Below, piece by piece: positions 8,670 through 18,474 of a stretch of DNA of 64,000 nt. The position numbers and the translations under genes were made by a program. Location of the stretch: contig OZ242374.1 in the NCBI GenBank assembly GCA_965209055.1, positions 5,824,001 to 5,888,000 on the forward strand, in the 5' to 3' direction. Source of the DNA: Acidobacteriota bacterium. Lineage in GTDB: Bacteria; Acidobacteriota; UBA6911; RPQK01; JAJDTT01. The first letter of the stretch is position 1, and each line of letters begins with the position of its first letter. A model generated the notes under the pieces. It saw only the letters and a program-made list of their open reading frames with translations, did no database searches and was not told where the DNA came from.

Positions 8670-9488
8670 TCAATTTGAGACTGCCAATCTGCCCGGATCC
8701 CGGTGGGGACCGGCGCCGAACAGTCTCTCGAAGTTTGAACCGGTGTTCTCACCCACCTGTTCCAGGGTCAGGTCACGGACCCGCCCCAGTTCCCGCGCGA
8801 CTTCCACCACCCGGGCAGGCTCGTTGGTCTTGCCCCGAAAGGGAACGGGGGCCAGGTACGGGGAGTCGGTTTCGATCAGGATCCGGTCCAAGGGCAAACG
8901 GCTCGCCACCGCTCGCAGCGAATCGGACTTGCGAAAGGTGAGGATGCCTCCCAGTCCGATGAAAAAACCCCGGTCCAGGCAGCGCCGGGCGGTCGGCTCG
9001 TCGGAGGTGAAACAGTGGACCACGCCGTTGAGTCCATCTCCACTTGGGTACTTCTGCTCCAGAATCGAGCAGATCTCATCCTCGGCCTTCCTGGAGTGGA
9101 TCACGATCGGTTTGCCTGCAGCCTGAGCCAATTCGATCTGCGCCAGAAACGCCTCCCTCTGAGCGTCGGCATCAGAGTTCAGATAGTGGTAGTCGAGGCC
9201 GATCTCCCCCAAGGCCAGAGCCTTGGGATGCCGCAACAGATCGGCCAGTTCCGAGGCGATGCCGTCCGAGAAGCAACGGGCGTCGTGGGGATGAACGCCG
9301 AAGGCGGCCCAGAGTCCGTCGTAGCGGTCCAACAGGTTCAGCGTGGTCTCGGCGGAATGACGGTTCCCTTCCAGGCAACAGATGGTCAGAATCCGCTCCA
9401 CTCCCGCCTGCCGTGCCCGGGACAGGACTCCCTCCAGGTCGGCCTGCAGGACGGGGGCATCGAGATGGGCGTGGGAGTCGACAAACAC
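8670..9488 (-). CDS. tatD: TatD-family hydrolase
   Basis: DSHAH, GVHPH, GEIGLDY, IHSR, HCF, ETDSPY. Confidence 0.92.
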   Translation of the reverse strand: MFVDSHAHLDAPVLQADLEGVLSRARQAGVERILTICCLEGNRHSAETTLNLLDRYDGLWAAFGVHPHDARCFSDGIASELADLLRHPKALALGEIGLDYHYLNSDADAQREAFLAQIELAQAAGKPIVIHSRKAEDEICSILEQKYPSGDGLNGVVHCFTSDEPTARRCLDRGFFIGLGGILTFRKSDSLRAVASRLPLDRILIETDSPYLAPVPFRGKTNEPARVVEVARELGRVRDLTLEQVGENTGSNFERLFGAGPHRDPGRLAVSN

Positions 9489-9507
9489 CGGGATTTCTCG
9501 AGCCCGC

Positions 9508-11436
9508 TCAGGTCAGAACCGAACCCGGGCGCACCTTTTCGGTGAAGGTGGCCAGAACCGGTTTTCCTCCGTCCGAAGCCGCCACGATCATTCCGTTGGA
9601 CTCCACACCCATGAGCTTGGCCGGCTTGAGGTTGGTCACAATGACGACCAGACGCCCCGGCAGCGACTCCGGCGAGTACTGCTCGGCGATTCCCGCCACG
9701 ACTTGGCGGACCTCCGACCCCAAGTCCACCTTGAGCTTGAGAAGGCGGGTCGACTTGGGGATGGGCTCTGCGCTCACGATCCGGGCCACCTGCATCCTGA
9801 CCTTGGCGAATTCCTTGATGTCGATGCGGGAATCCTCCCGGCCACCGGCTTTGCCGGCCGCGGATTTTTTCGATTCGGCGCCGACTGCGCCTCGATTCTT
9901 CACTTTCACGCGAAACTCCTTCTTGTCCAACCGGGGATAGATGTGCCCCAACCGCCCGATTGAGGAGCCGCTCTCCAGACCGGCCCACTCCATGGAGGAA
10001 ATCCCATGATCCTCAAGGGGCCGGCGAATGCCGAGCTGGCTCAGTATGGAAGCCGCCCCCTCGGGAACGATGGGACGCAACATCACCGCGATCACCCGCA
10101 ACGCCTCCGCGGCGTTGTACAGGACACTCCCGAGCTGCGCCCGGCGGCTCGGATCCTTGGCCAGAATCCAGGGTTCGTTGACCACCAGGTACTTGTTCAC
10201 GCGGCCGATCAACTCCCAGACGGCTTCCATGGCCTTGTTGATCTGGAGGTCCCCGAATCGTTCCTGGTAGAGCCGCGCGGCCTCGTCACAAGCCTTCCGG
10301 AGCTCCCGGCCCTTCCCGTCCGATTCTCCGGCGTCCGGAATGACGCCGCCGAAATAACTGCCGACCATCTTCAGCGTGCGTTGGGCCAAATTCCCCAGAT
10401 CGTTGACCAGGTCGCTGTTGACCCGTGTCCGCAGCCCGTCGAAGGAGAAGTTTCCGTCGGAACCCAAGGGAATCTCCCGGAGCAGAAAGTAGCGGAAGTA
10501 GTCGGTGCGGACCAGGTTCGAGAGCTCGTCGGCGGTGACGAAGTTGCCCTTGGACTTGGACATTTTCTCCCCTTCGATGGTCCACCACCCATGGCTCAAG
10601 ATCCGCTTGGGGGGAGCCAGCCCGGCCGCCATCAGAAACGCCGGCCAGTAGACCGCATGGAACCGGAGGATGTCCTTGCCGATGAGATGGACGTCGACCG
10701 GCCACCACTTCTCGAACTTCTCGTCGTCGGTGCCGTAGCCCATGCCCGAGATATATCCGGTGAGGGCGTCGAACCAGACGTAGAAGATGTGCTTCTCGTC
10801 GCCGGGGACCGGGATGCCCCAGCGAAATGAAGTGCGGCTGATGCTGAGATCCTGAAGACCGCCTTCGACGAAGCGGACCACCTCGTTCATCCGGGAGCGA
10901 GGGACCACGAAGTCCGGGTTCTCCCGGTAGAACCGCAGCAGCTTGTCCTGGAACGCCGACAGCCTGAAAAAGTAGCTGTCCTCGGTCATGAACTCGGTGG
11001 ACTGGCCACAGTCGGGACAATTCCGGCCCACCACCACATAGGACTCGCAGCTCACGCAGTAGTTGCCCTGGTACTGACCGAGATAGACGCTTCCGCTCTT
11101 CTTGACCGCCCGGAAGAGCTTGGCGACGGCGCGATAATGCCTCTCCTGAGTGGTCCTTATGAACTCGTCGAAGTCCAGCCCGAGCTGCTCCCAGGTGCTT
11201 CGATATTTGGCGGCGTAGGTGTCCACCAGTTCCTGGGGCTCGATGCCCTGTTGCCGGGCCGACCGCTCGATCTTGAGACCGTGCTCGTCGGTGCCGGTCA
11301 GGAAGGAGACGTCGTCGCCGCACATCCGCCGGTAGCGGACGATGGCGTCGGCGATGACGGTGGTGTAGGTATGCCCCACGTGGGGCACGTCGTTGACATA
11401 GTAGAGAGGAGTCGTCAGGTAGAAGGTCTTGGACAT
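9508..11436 (-). CDS. metG: Methionine--tRNA ligase with C-terminal tRNA-binding OB domain
   Basis: YYVNDVPHVGH, GTDEHG, CxxC...CxxC knuckle, YVWFDAL, KMSKS, Trbp111-like C-terminus. Confidence 0.97.
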   Translation of the reverse strand: MSKTFYLTTPLYYVNDVPHVGHTYTTVIADAIVRYRRMCGDDVSFLTGTDEHGLKIERSARQQGIEPQELVDTYAAKYRSTWEQLGLDFDEFIRTTQERHYRAVAKLFRAVKKSGSVYLGQYQGNYCVSCESYVVVGRNCPDCGQSTEFMTEDSYFFRLSAFQDKLLRFYRENPDFVVPRSRMNEVVRFVEGGLQDLSISRTSFRWGIPVPGDEKHIFYVWFDALTGYISGMGYGTDDEKFEKWWPVDVHLIGKDILRFHAVYWPAFLMAAGLAPPKRILSHGWWTIEGEKMSKSKGNFVTADELSNLVRTDYFRYFLLREIPLGSDGNFSFDGLRTRVNSDLVNDLGNLAQRTLKMVGSYFGGVIPDAGESDGKGRELRKACDEAARLYQERFGDLQINKAMEAVWELIGRVNKYLVVNEPWILAKDPSRRAQLGSVLYNAAEALRVIAVMLRPIVPEGAASILSQLGIRRPLEDHGISSMEWAGLESGSSIGRLGHIYPRLDKKEFRVKVKNRGAVGAESKKSAAGKAGGREDSRIDIKEFAKVRMQVARIVSAEPIPKSTRLLKLKVDLGSEVRQVVAGIAEQYSPESLPGRLVVIVTNLKPAKLMGVESNGMIVAASDGGKPVLATFTEKVRPGSVLT

Positions 11437-11442
11437 GGCCCG

Positions 11443-12681
11443 CTACTTTGTCCCGGACGCCTTGCGGATCGCCATCTGTCTCAGGTTCTTCAACGGTAGA
11501 CGGGTCTTTTCGGCGATCCTTTTCAGGTCTTCGTACTCGGGCCAGACGGTGACCGGCTCGCCGCGGAAGAGTCCCACCTTGACCCGTACCGTTCCGTGCC
11601 CGGTCTCCACCTCCCGGAACTCGCGCTCCAGGACCCAACGCCGCCACGGCTTCCAACGAATCCCCAGGGTCGTCGTCTCCCGGAAGATGAGACCCATCAT
11701 GCGGTCCCGGTCCCGGGGCCGGCAAAGCACCGAGAGGTGGTGTCCGGGCCTTCCTTTCTTCATCTGCTGGGGTACGCAACGAACGTCCAGAGCTCCTTGA
11801 CCCAGCGCGGCCTCCATGACGTAGCCGATGGCTTCGGGATCCAGGTCGTCGATATCGGCCTCCAGGACCAGGACTTCTTCGTCGCGCACTCCTTCGGCGG
11901 CTCCCGGGGAGGGCCGTCCCTCGGCGGCTTCACGGCCGAGAACCAGCCTCAACATGTTGGGAATTCCGGGCAGTTCCCGGTCTCCGGCCCCGAACCCCCA
12001 TCGATCCAGGGTCCAGGCGGGGGTCGCAGCGCCGGGCGCCGCCAGCGAGGTGACGATGGCCGCTCCGGTGGGCGTGGTCAACTCGGCCTGCACGTCTCCC
12101 ATGACCACGGGAAAGCCGCGAACCAGATGAGCCGTCGCGGGAGCGGGGACGGGCCAGGTTCCATGGGAGAAGGTCACGGTGCCGCTGCCCAGATTCAGGG
12201 GACTCGAGAAAAAACGGTTGGCGCCCAAATAGTGGATTCCGATGCAGGCGCCGACGATATCCACGATGGCGTCCACCGCCCCCACTTCGTGAAAGTGAAC
12301 GTGCTCCACCGACTCCCCATGGACGGCCGCTTCGGCCCTGGCCAGCCGCCGAAACACCGACAGCGCCATCTCCTTGACCGGATCCTCCAGACGGCTCTCT
12401 TCGATCAGGCCGTAGATCTGCCCTGGCGTGCGTCCATGGGAGTGACCATGGGAGTGCCCGCCATTTTCGAGTTCGACACGGAAATCGGTCCCCGAGAGTC
12501 CGTTCCGGTCGATCTTGCGGGCGCTGAGGCGATAGGGCTCCAGACGCAATGACGCGAGCCGCCGCCTGAGGTGTTCCAAGGGGAGCCCCAGATCCAGCAA
12601 CCCTCCCAGGATCATGTCCCCGCTGACGCCGTTGAAGGCGTCGAAGTAGAGGATGCGATCGCGGCCTCCGTCCGTGCCCAT
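11443..12681 (-). CDS. larC: Nickel-pincer cofactor nickel insertase LarC
   Basis: YFDAFNGVSGDMILG, His-rich HSHGHSHG, VHFHEVGAVDAIVDIVG, ELTTPTGAA, MKKGRPG, ETTTLGIR, PEYED. Confidence 0.93.
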   Translation of the reverse strand: MGTDGGRDRILYFDAFNGVSGDMILGGLLDLGLPLEHLRRRLASLRLEPYRLSARKIDRNGLSGTDFRVELENGGHSHGHSHGRTPGQIYGLIEESRLEDPVKEMALSVFRRLARAEAAVHGESVEHVHFHEVGAVDAIVDIVGACIGIHYLGANRFFSSPLNLGSGTVTFSHGTWPVPAPATAHLVRGFPVVMGDVQAELTTPTGAAIVTSLAAPGAATPAWTLDRWGFGAGDRELPGIPNMLRLVLGREAAEGRPSPGAAEGVRDEEVLVLEADIDDLDPEAIGYVMEAALGQGALDVRCVPQQMKKGRPGHHLSVLCRPRDRDRMMGLIFRETTTLGIRWKPWRRWVLEREFREVETGHGTVRVKVGLFRGEPVTVWPEYEDLKRIAEKTRLPLKNLRQMAIRKASGTK

Positions 12682-12704
12682 GCTGCACACAATAGCACGC
12701 CGGA

Positions 12705-13851
12705 AGGAGGGGCGATTTCCTATCGCCCGTTCTCATGTCGCCGCTGTGGTGCCCGGGGATCCGGCAGTTGGAAGACCGCCGCGGCTGGAAGGGCGATTTC
12801 CTAATCGCCCGGCTCGGCTCGCGTCTCCCGGCAGCTCAGGAATCGGCGGTTGGGAAACCGCCGCTCCTGGAAGGGCGATTTCCTATTCGCCCGGCTCAGC
12901 TCGCGTCTCCCGGCAGCTCAGGAATCGGCGGTTGGGAAACCGCCGCCCCTGGAAGGGCGATTTCCTAATCGCCCGGCTCAGCTCGCGTCTCCCGGCAGCT
13001 CAGGAATCGGCGGTTGGGAAACCGCCGCCCCTGGAAGGGCGATTTCCTAATCGCCCGGCTCAGCTCGCGTCTCCCGGCAGCTCAGGAATCGGCGGTTGGG
13101 AAACCGCCGCTCCTGGAAGGGCGATTTCCTATTCGCCCGGCTCAGCTCGCGTCTCCCGGCAGCTCAGGAATCGGCGGTTGGGAAACCGCCGCCCCTGGAA
13201 GGGCGATTTCCTATTCGCCCGGCTCAGCTCGCGTCTCCCGGCAGCTCAGGAATCGGCGGTTGGGAAACCGCCGCCCCTGGAAGGGCGATTTCCTATTCGC
13301 CCGGCTCAGCTCGCGTCTCCCGGCAGCTCAGGAATCGGCGGTTGGGAAACCGCCGCTCCTGGATGGGCGATTTCCTATTCGCCCGGCTCAGCTCGCGTCT
13401 TCCGGCAGCTCAGGAATCGGCGGTTGGGAAACCGCCGCTCCTGGATGGGCGATTTCCTATTCGCCCGGCTCGGCTCGCGTCTCCCGGCAGCTCAGGAATC
13501 GGCGGTTGGGAAACCGCCGCTCCTGGATGGGCGATTTCCTATTCGCCCGGCTCGGCTCGCGTCTCCCGGCAGCTCAGGAATCGGCGGTTGGGAAACCGCC
13601 GCTCCTGGATGGGCGATTTCCTATTCGCCCGGCTCGGCTCGCGTCTCCCGGCAGCGCAGGAATCGGCGGTTGGAAAACCGCCGCTCCTGGATGGGCGATT
13701 TCCTATTCGCCCGGCTCGGCTCGCGTCTCCCGGCAGCTCAGGAATCGGCGGTTGGGAAACCGCCGCCCCTGGAAGGGCGATTTCCTATTCGCCCGGCTCG
13801 GCTCGCGTCTCCCGGCAGCTCAGGAATCGGCGGTTGGGAAACCGCCGCTCC
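12705..13851. repeat. Tandem array of 13 near-identical 82-bp double-hairpin units (12785-13850) preceded by one degenerate unit
   Basis: Unit: ctggaagggcgatttcctawtcgcccggctcrgctcgcgtctcccggcagctcaggaatcggcggttgggaaaccgccgcyc. Starts at 12785, 12867, 12949 ... 13769. Confidence 0.95.
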
Positions 13852-13895
13852 TGCGCCAAGAATGCCGCCCCTCCTGCGTCTGATATCATTGGCCC

Positions 13896-15926
13896 ATGTT
13901 GCTGCGCCGGGCCCGCCAGAGCGAGGCGTTGTTCCGGGACTTCGTGCGCGAACGATTTTCCTTGGAACTGGGGTCCGCCGCCGCCAAATCCCCTCCCCGG
14001 ATCGAATTCGGGGACCTGGCCTTCGCCTTTCCCTTCGAATTGGCGCGGAGCCTGCGCCGGGCGCCCCGCGACATCGCCTCGGAGACCGCCGCCAACTTCC
14101 CGGTGCCCCCCTGGATGGACCGGGTCGAGGCGGCCGGAGGATACGTCAACGTTTTTCTGAGGCGGGATCGATTCCTGGCCGATCTCCAAGACTCCCTCTC
14201 CCCATCGCCGGAACCGGCGCGCGGCCCGAAGATCATCGTCGAGCACACCAATATCAACCCCAACAAGGCGGCTCACATCGGGCACCTCCGGAACGCGGTC
14301 CTGGGGGACACTTTCGGGCGCCTGTTGCGCTCTCGGGGCCATTCGGTGGAGATCCAGAACTACATCGACGACACCGGCGTTCAGGTCGCCGACGTCGTGG
14401 TCGGATTCCGGCAGTTGCGGAAGTTGAGCCTGGAGCAGGTCCGGGCGATTCCCGAGCCCTTCGACTACTACTGCTGGGACCTGTACGCCCAGGTCTGCGA
14501 CTGGTATGGACAGGAGGACTCGCGCCTGGAACACCGGCGCCGCACCCTTCGAGAGATCGAGGAGGGAGAGGGCGAGACCGGCCGGATGGCCGATCACATT
14601 TCCCTCCGGATCGTGAACGCCCACCTGAGAACCATGTGGCGCATCGGCGTCCGCTACGACGTCCTTCCCCGCGAGAGCCAGATCCTGCGGGAGCGATTCT
14701 GGGACGAGGCCTTCGACCAGCTCAAACAACGCAAGGCCATCACTTTCGTTTCGGACGGACCCAATCGAGGCTGCTGGGTGATGCGGCTTCCAGGCGAGAA
14801 CGGTCAGCCTGCCGAGGAGAAGATCATCGTCCGCAGCGACGGGACCGTCACCTACGTGGGCAAGGACATTGCCTATCAACTCTGGAAGTTCGGCCTGCTG
14901 GAGAAGAACTTTCGCTACCGGGTCGTGCACCGTTATCCGGATCGGGACGAAGTCTGGATGACCAGTTCCGACGGAGCCTCCGACGTCGAGAAGGACTTCG
15001 GACGCGGCCGGAGCGTCTACAACGTCATCGACGTCCGCCAGTCCTACCTGCAGCGGGTGGTGGTCCACGGCCTTCGCAGCCTGGGCCACGATGTCCCCGC
15101 CGATCACTCCACCCACTTTTCCTATGAAATGGTGGCTCTCTCCCTGAAATGCAGCCAGGAACTTGGGATCGAGCTCTCGGAGGCGGATCGCGCCAGACCC
15201 TATGTGGAAGTCTCCGGACGCAAGGGACTGGGAGTCAAGGCCGACGACCTGGTGGACAAGCTGATCGAGAAGTCACTCCTGGAAGTGGCCGACCGGCAGC
15301 CGGACCTGACCCAGGAGGCGCGCCTGCGGATCGCCACCCAGATCGCCATCGGCGCCCTGCGTTATTTCCTCCTCAAATATGCCCGCAACTCGGTCATCGC
15401 ATTCGACTTCGGCGAGGCTCTGAGCTTCGAGGGAGAGACCGGCCCCTATCTGCAATATTCGGTGGTGCGCGCCAACAACATCTTCCGCAAGCTGCGCTCC
15501 CGGCGAGGCGGCGCAGTACAACGGAATCCGGAGGATCGGCAAGAGGAGGGGCGATTTCCAATCGCCCATTCTTCACGCGCTACCGGAGTTCGGCGGTTGG
15601 GAAACCGCCGCTCCAAGGATCTTGGGGAGCACCCGGAACGATTCGCCGATCTGCTCGGGGACGATCAGATCTGGAAGTTGTTGCTTCAGGCCGGAAGGTC
15701 GGAAGGCGCCATCGAGCAGTCTCTCAAGACCCTGGAAATGTCCTACTTGGCCAAGCACGCTTTCTCGCTGGCCCAGATGTTCAACATCTTCTACCATAGC
15801 CATCACATCCTTTCGCAAAAGGACTCGCGCAAGCAGACCTGCTACTTGGCTGTTGCGGACACGGCACGCCGGGCCATGATTCAGTCTCTCGCACTCCTGG
15901 GCATTGAAGTTCCGGAAAGAATGTAG
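13896..15926 (+). CDS. argS: Arginine--tRNA ligase (contains an in-frame REP-derived insertion)
   Basis: VEHTNINPNKAAHIGHLRNA (HIGH), NYIDDTG, SGRKG, FEGETGPYLQY, FYH, GIEVPERM C-terminus. Confidence 0.96.
   Translation: MLLRRARQSEALFRDFVRERFSLELGSAAAKSPPRIEFGDLAFAFPFELARSLRRAPRDIASETAANFPVPPWMDRVEAAGGYVNVFLRRDRFLADLQDSLSPSPEPARGPKIIVEHTNINPNKAAHIGHLRNAVLGDTFGRLLRSRGHSVEIQNYIDDTGVQVADVVVGFRQLRKLSLEQVRAIPEPFDYYCWDLYAQVCDWYGQEDSRLEHRRRTLREIEEGEGETGRMADHISLRIVNAHLRTMWRIGVRYDVLPRESQILRERFWDEAFDQLKQRKAITFVSDGPNRGCWVMRLPGENGQPAEEKIIVRSDGTVTYVGKDIAYQLWKFGLLEKNFRYRVVHRYPDRDEVWMTSSDGASDVEKDFGRGRSVYNVIDVRQSYLQRVVVHGLRSLGHDVPADHSTHFSYEMVALSLKCSQELGIELSEADRARPYVEVSGRKGLGVKADDLVDKLIEKSLLEVADRQPDLTQEARLRIATQIAIGALRYFLLKYARNSVIAFDFGEALSFEGETGPYLQYSVVRANNIFRKLRSRRGGAVQRNPEDRQEEGRFPIAHSSRATGVRRLGNRRSKDLGEHPERFADLLGDDQIWKLLLQAGRSEGAIEQSLKTLEMSYLAKHAFSLAQMFNIFYHSHHILSQKDSRKQTCYLAVADTARRAMIQSLALLGIEVPERM
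15545..15614 (+). repeat. Family-A double-hairpin element inside the argS coding sequence
   Basis: GGAGgggcgatttccaatcgccc...ggagttcggcggttgggaaaccgccgCTCC, the same arms as the intergenic copies. Confidence 0.88.
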
Positions 15927-15928
15927 GC

Positions 15929-16999
15929 ATGTCCTGCGTTTCCCAGATTCCGCTCCTGGCGTTGCTGGCATCGCTTGCCGGCGGACCGGCCTCCGATACG
16001 TTGCCGCGTCTGGAGGAGGTCTTCAGCGTGTCCGAGCTGCGCCTCTATCGGGCGAAGAAGGACTACAAGTCGCACATGAAGCTTTTTCGGAAGGCCCTGG
16101 AGCGAAATTCCAAGCTTTTGTCAGCCTACGCGAAGAAGTCGGACCCCGGGGCCGTCCTGAAGGTGCTGGCGGACATGAAGGCCCTCTCAGAACATGCTCT
16201 GCGGGAAACCCCGGCCCGGGAGAAGGACGGCCGCTCCCGGGAAACGAAGCGTCTGGAAATAAGGGCGAGGCGCATCGTGGAGACGATGGAGGATCTCAAG
16301 CTCGTCCTGCCGTTTGAATACCGGGAAGATATCGACGACTGCATCCGGTCTCTGGAAAAGCTGCGCAAGCACCTGTTGGGTCAACTGTTTGGCCGGATTG
16401 CACCGTCCGGCGCCTTCTCCGCACCCGGTATCGCTCACGGACTGCTGGCTTCCAAGCCGGTGTCGCGGGCAGTCTCCTTTGCCCAGTCCTCAGACGGTTT
16501 CACCGATGAGGAATACACCAAGATCCAAAGGGCGCAGAAACTGGACCGGCGAACCCGCGTGTTCCTGAAGATCGCGGAGGATCGTCTGGAGGCGCTGGAC
16601 GAGCGCTGGACCCGGCTGACGGGGAAGGAACCGCCGGTGACCGGGAAAAAGCGGAAGAAAAAGAAGAAAAAGAAGAGCCGGAACGGCGAGGACGAGGGTC
16701 CGCTGGCGTTCCATGCCCACTGGGAACTGCTCCATGCCTATGAGCGGGCCATCGACGGCATCATGATCAACATCGACGAGAAGGCCAATCAACGGCGGCT
16801 CTCGGGCGAGGAGATCCACAAAGTCCTGAAAAGGTTCTGCGAGAACGTCCTCAAGTTCGAACCGCGCATGGAGACCATGGAGAAGCTGGCGGTCCAACTG
16901 GACGATGACGACTATTGGCTGACCCTGGAAGAGGCCAGGAAGACCACCGAGATCGCCCGCAAGGGATGCCGCCTGGGTCTGGGCGGCGACCTGGAATAG
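15929..16999 (+). CDS. Hypothetical secreted helical protein
   Basis: Signal-peptide-like N-terminus, GC-typical codon usage, starts 2 bp after the argS stop. Confidence 0.7.
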   Translation: MSCVSQIPLLALLASLAGGPASDTLPRLEEVFSVSELRLYRAKKDYKSHMKLFRKALERNSKLLSAYAKKSDPGAVLKVLADMKALSEHALRETPAREKDGRSRETKRLEIRARRIVETMEDLKLVLPFEYREDIDDCIRSLEKLRKHLLGQLFGRIAPSGAFSAPGIAHGLLASKPVSRAVSFAQSSDGFTDEEYTKIQRAQKLDRRTRVFLKIAEDRLEALDERWTRLTGKEPPVTGKKRKKKKKKKSRNGEDEGPLAFHAHWELLHAYERAIDGIMINIDEKANQRRLSGEEIHKVLKRFCENVLKFEPRMETMEKLAVQLDDDDYWLTLEEARKTTEIARKGCRLGLGGDLE

Positions 17000-17044
17000 C
17001 CGGCCGGCGCCCGTCTCGTCCCGCGCAGACCGGTCTCGGATCAA

Positions 17045-17686
17045 TCAGATCTCCGAGTTCGCATGCGGTCCCTCGACCGCCCGCATCAGCCACGTGATCC
17101 CGGCCAGGCCTGCGGCCCCGCAGCTCGCGATGCGGTCCAAATCGGACTCCACGACCCCTCCCAGGGCAAATACCGGGATCTCGACGGAGTGCGCGATGCG
17201 CTCCAATTCCGGGAATCCCAGTGCCGGTGCGCGCGCCTCTTTGGAGAGAGGGTTCCGAACCGGGCTCACCAACACGTAGTCGGCTCCCTCCGCCGCGGCC
17301 CGCAACACGTCGTCACGGCTGTGAGCCGACTTGCCCAGGAGAAACGCCCGGGATCCGTACTGCTCACGGAACCGGATGGCGCACGACAGATCCTGCTTCG
17401 AAGTCAGGTGGCTTCCGCCGGCCCCTTCTTGAAGGGCCAGTTCCACGTGAGTGTTGACCAGGAACACCTTTCCGACCCGGCGCGCCAACTCGGCGCCCCG
17501 CTTCACCAGGGGGCGGGCCTCCGCCGGCGAGAGGTCTTTTTCCCGCCACTGCAGGGCGTCGGCCGGGCTGCCGAAAATGCGATCCAGATAGTCTTCAGGC
17601 GCCAAACCGGGAAAGGCGCCGCGATTTGAGATGCCGTAGAGGTAGGGGGGACTATGTCCTTGGAAAATATCGCTGATAATGGACAA
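17045..17686 (-). CDS. Thiamine-phosphate synthase/TenI family protein
   Basis: LQWREKDL, GKSAHS, ADYVLVSPV, PVFALGGV. Confidence 0.8.
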   Translation of the reverse strand: MSIISDIFQGHSPPYLYGISNRGAFPGLAPEDYLDRIFGSPADALQWREKDLSPAEARPLVKRGAELARRVGKVFLVNTHVELALQEGAGGSHLTSKQDLSCAIRFREQYGSRAFLLGKSAHSRDDVLRAAAEGADYVLVSPVRNPLSKEARAPALGFPELERIAHSVEIPVFALGGVVESDLDRIASCGAAGLAGITWLMRAVEGPHANSEI

Positions 17687-17894
17687 TTTCCCACGTCCCC
17701 AGGATCAGGTTGGCCAACCCCAGACCGGAAACCGCACCGCGAACGAAATTGTTGAGCATGATCACCCGGAGCCAGGGGTAGAGGTCCAGGAGAGAGTTCT
17801 GGCTCCATTGTTCCCACCAGGGAAACAGGAGCAGAAAGATCCCGACCTCGAAGCAGTAGAGCACGTAGAGACCGAACAGGACCTTCTGAATCAT
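17652..17894 (-). CDS. Small two-TM membrane protein
   Basis: 80 aa with two hydrophobic segments (FEVGIFLLLFPW; VRGAVSGLGLANL). Confidence 0.65.
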   Translation of the reverse strand: MIQKVLFGLYVLYCFEVGIFLLLFPWWEQWSQNSLLDLYPWLRVIMLNNFVRGAVSGLGLANLILGTWEIVHYQRYFPRT

Positions 17895-17965
17895 GAACCG
17901 CCGTCTGACACTGACTGCGGAATCTCCCCGTGAACTGTCAGCAGTCCGTGTCCAAGGCCTCCTTG

Positions 17966-18077
17966 ACAGCCCGTGGCAAAAGTCCCGCGAGCACCGAAAC
18001 CGTAGATGAGCCTCCCGGTCCGGGCGCGGCGAGCGATCCCGCCAAGTGAGTCGACCGGGAAGGAACGCCGGCCACGG
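17966..18077 (-). mobile_element. Degenerate MITE copy (family B)
   Basis: cccgtggcaaaagtcccgcgagcaccg closely matches the reverse complement of the right end of the 21792-21950 element. Confidence 0.55.
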
Positions 18078-18122
18078 AATCAGCGCGCAGGCGGAAGGGC
18101 GAGACGAACCCGCGCCGGGCCG

Positions 18123-18464
18123 TCAGCGCTTCTCCCGGATCCTGGCCTTCTTCCCCTTGAGCTCGCGCAGATAGTAGAGCTTGGCCCGCCGGACTCGTCC
18201 TCTGCGCAGTACCTGCACACCTTCGATCAACGGGGAGTGGAAGGGGAAAATACGCTCCACACCGTAGCCGAACGAGATCCTGCGAACCGTGAAGGTGGAA
18301 CCCAGCCCCCGCTTGCGAATGGCGATGACGACTCCCTCGAAGGGCTGCACGCGAGTCTTGTTGCCCTCCCTGATCTTGAAATTGACCCGGACCGTGTCTC
18401 CGGGTCCGAAATCGGGGATCCCGTCCCTCATCTGCGGCTGTTCGACCAGTTGTATCGAATTCAT
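18123..18464 (-). CDS. rplS: 50S ribosomal protein L19
   Basis: [40 protein letters not shown]. Confidence 0.98.
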   Translation of the reverse strand: MNSIQLVEQPQMRDGIPDFGPGDTVRVNFKIREGNKTRVQPFEGVVIAIRKRGLGSTFTVRRISFGYGVERIFPFHSPLIEGVQVLRRGRVRRAKLYYLRELKGKKARIREKR

Positions 18465-18474
18465 GACTCCACCC

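Noticed and set aside
12785-13850. CRISPR array
   Set aside because: The sequence between the hairpins is essentially identical in all units (no unique spacers), and there are no cas genes in the window.
12653-15127. Long repetitive ORFs across the 82-bp array (824, 354 and 289 aa)
   Set aside because: The period is not a multiple of 3, so all frames give the same cycling peptide; there is no RBS; the frame shared with argS stops at 13883, so no fusion is possible.
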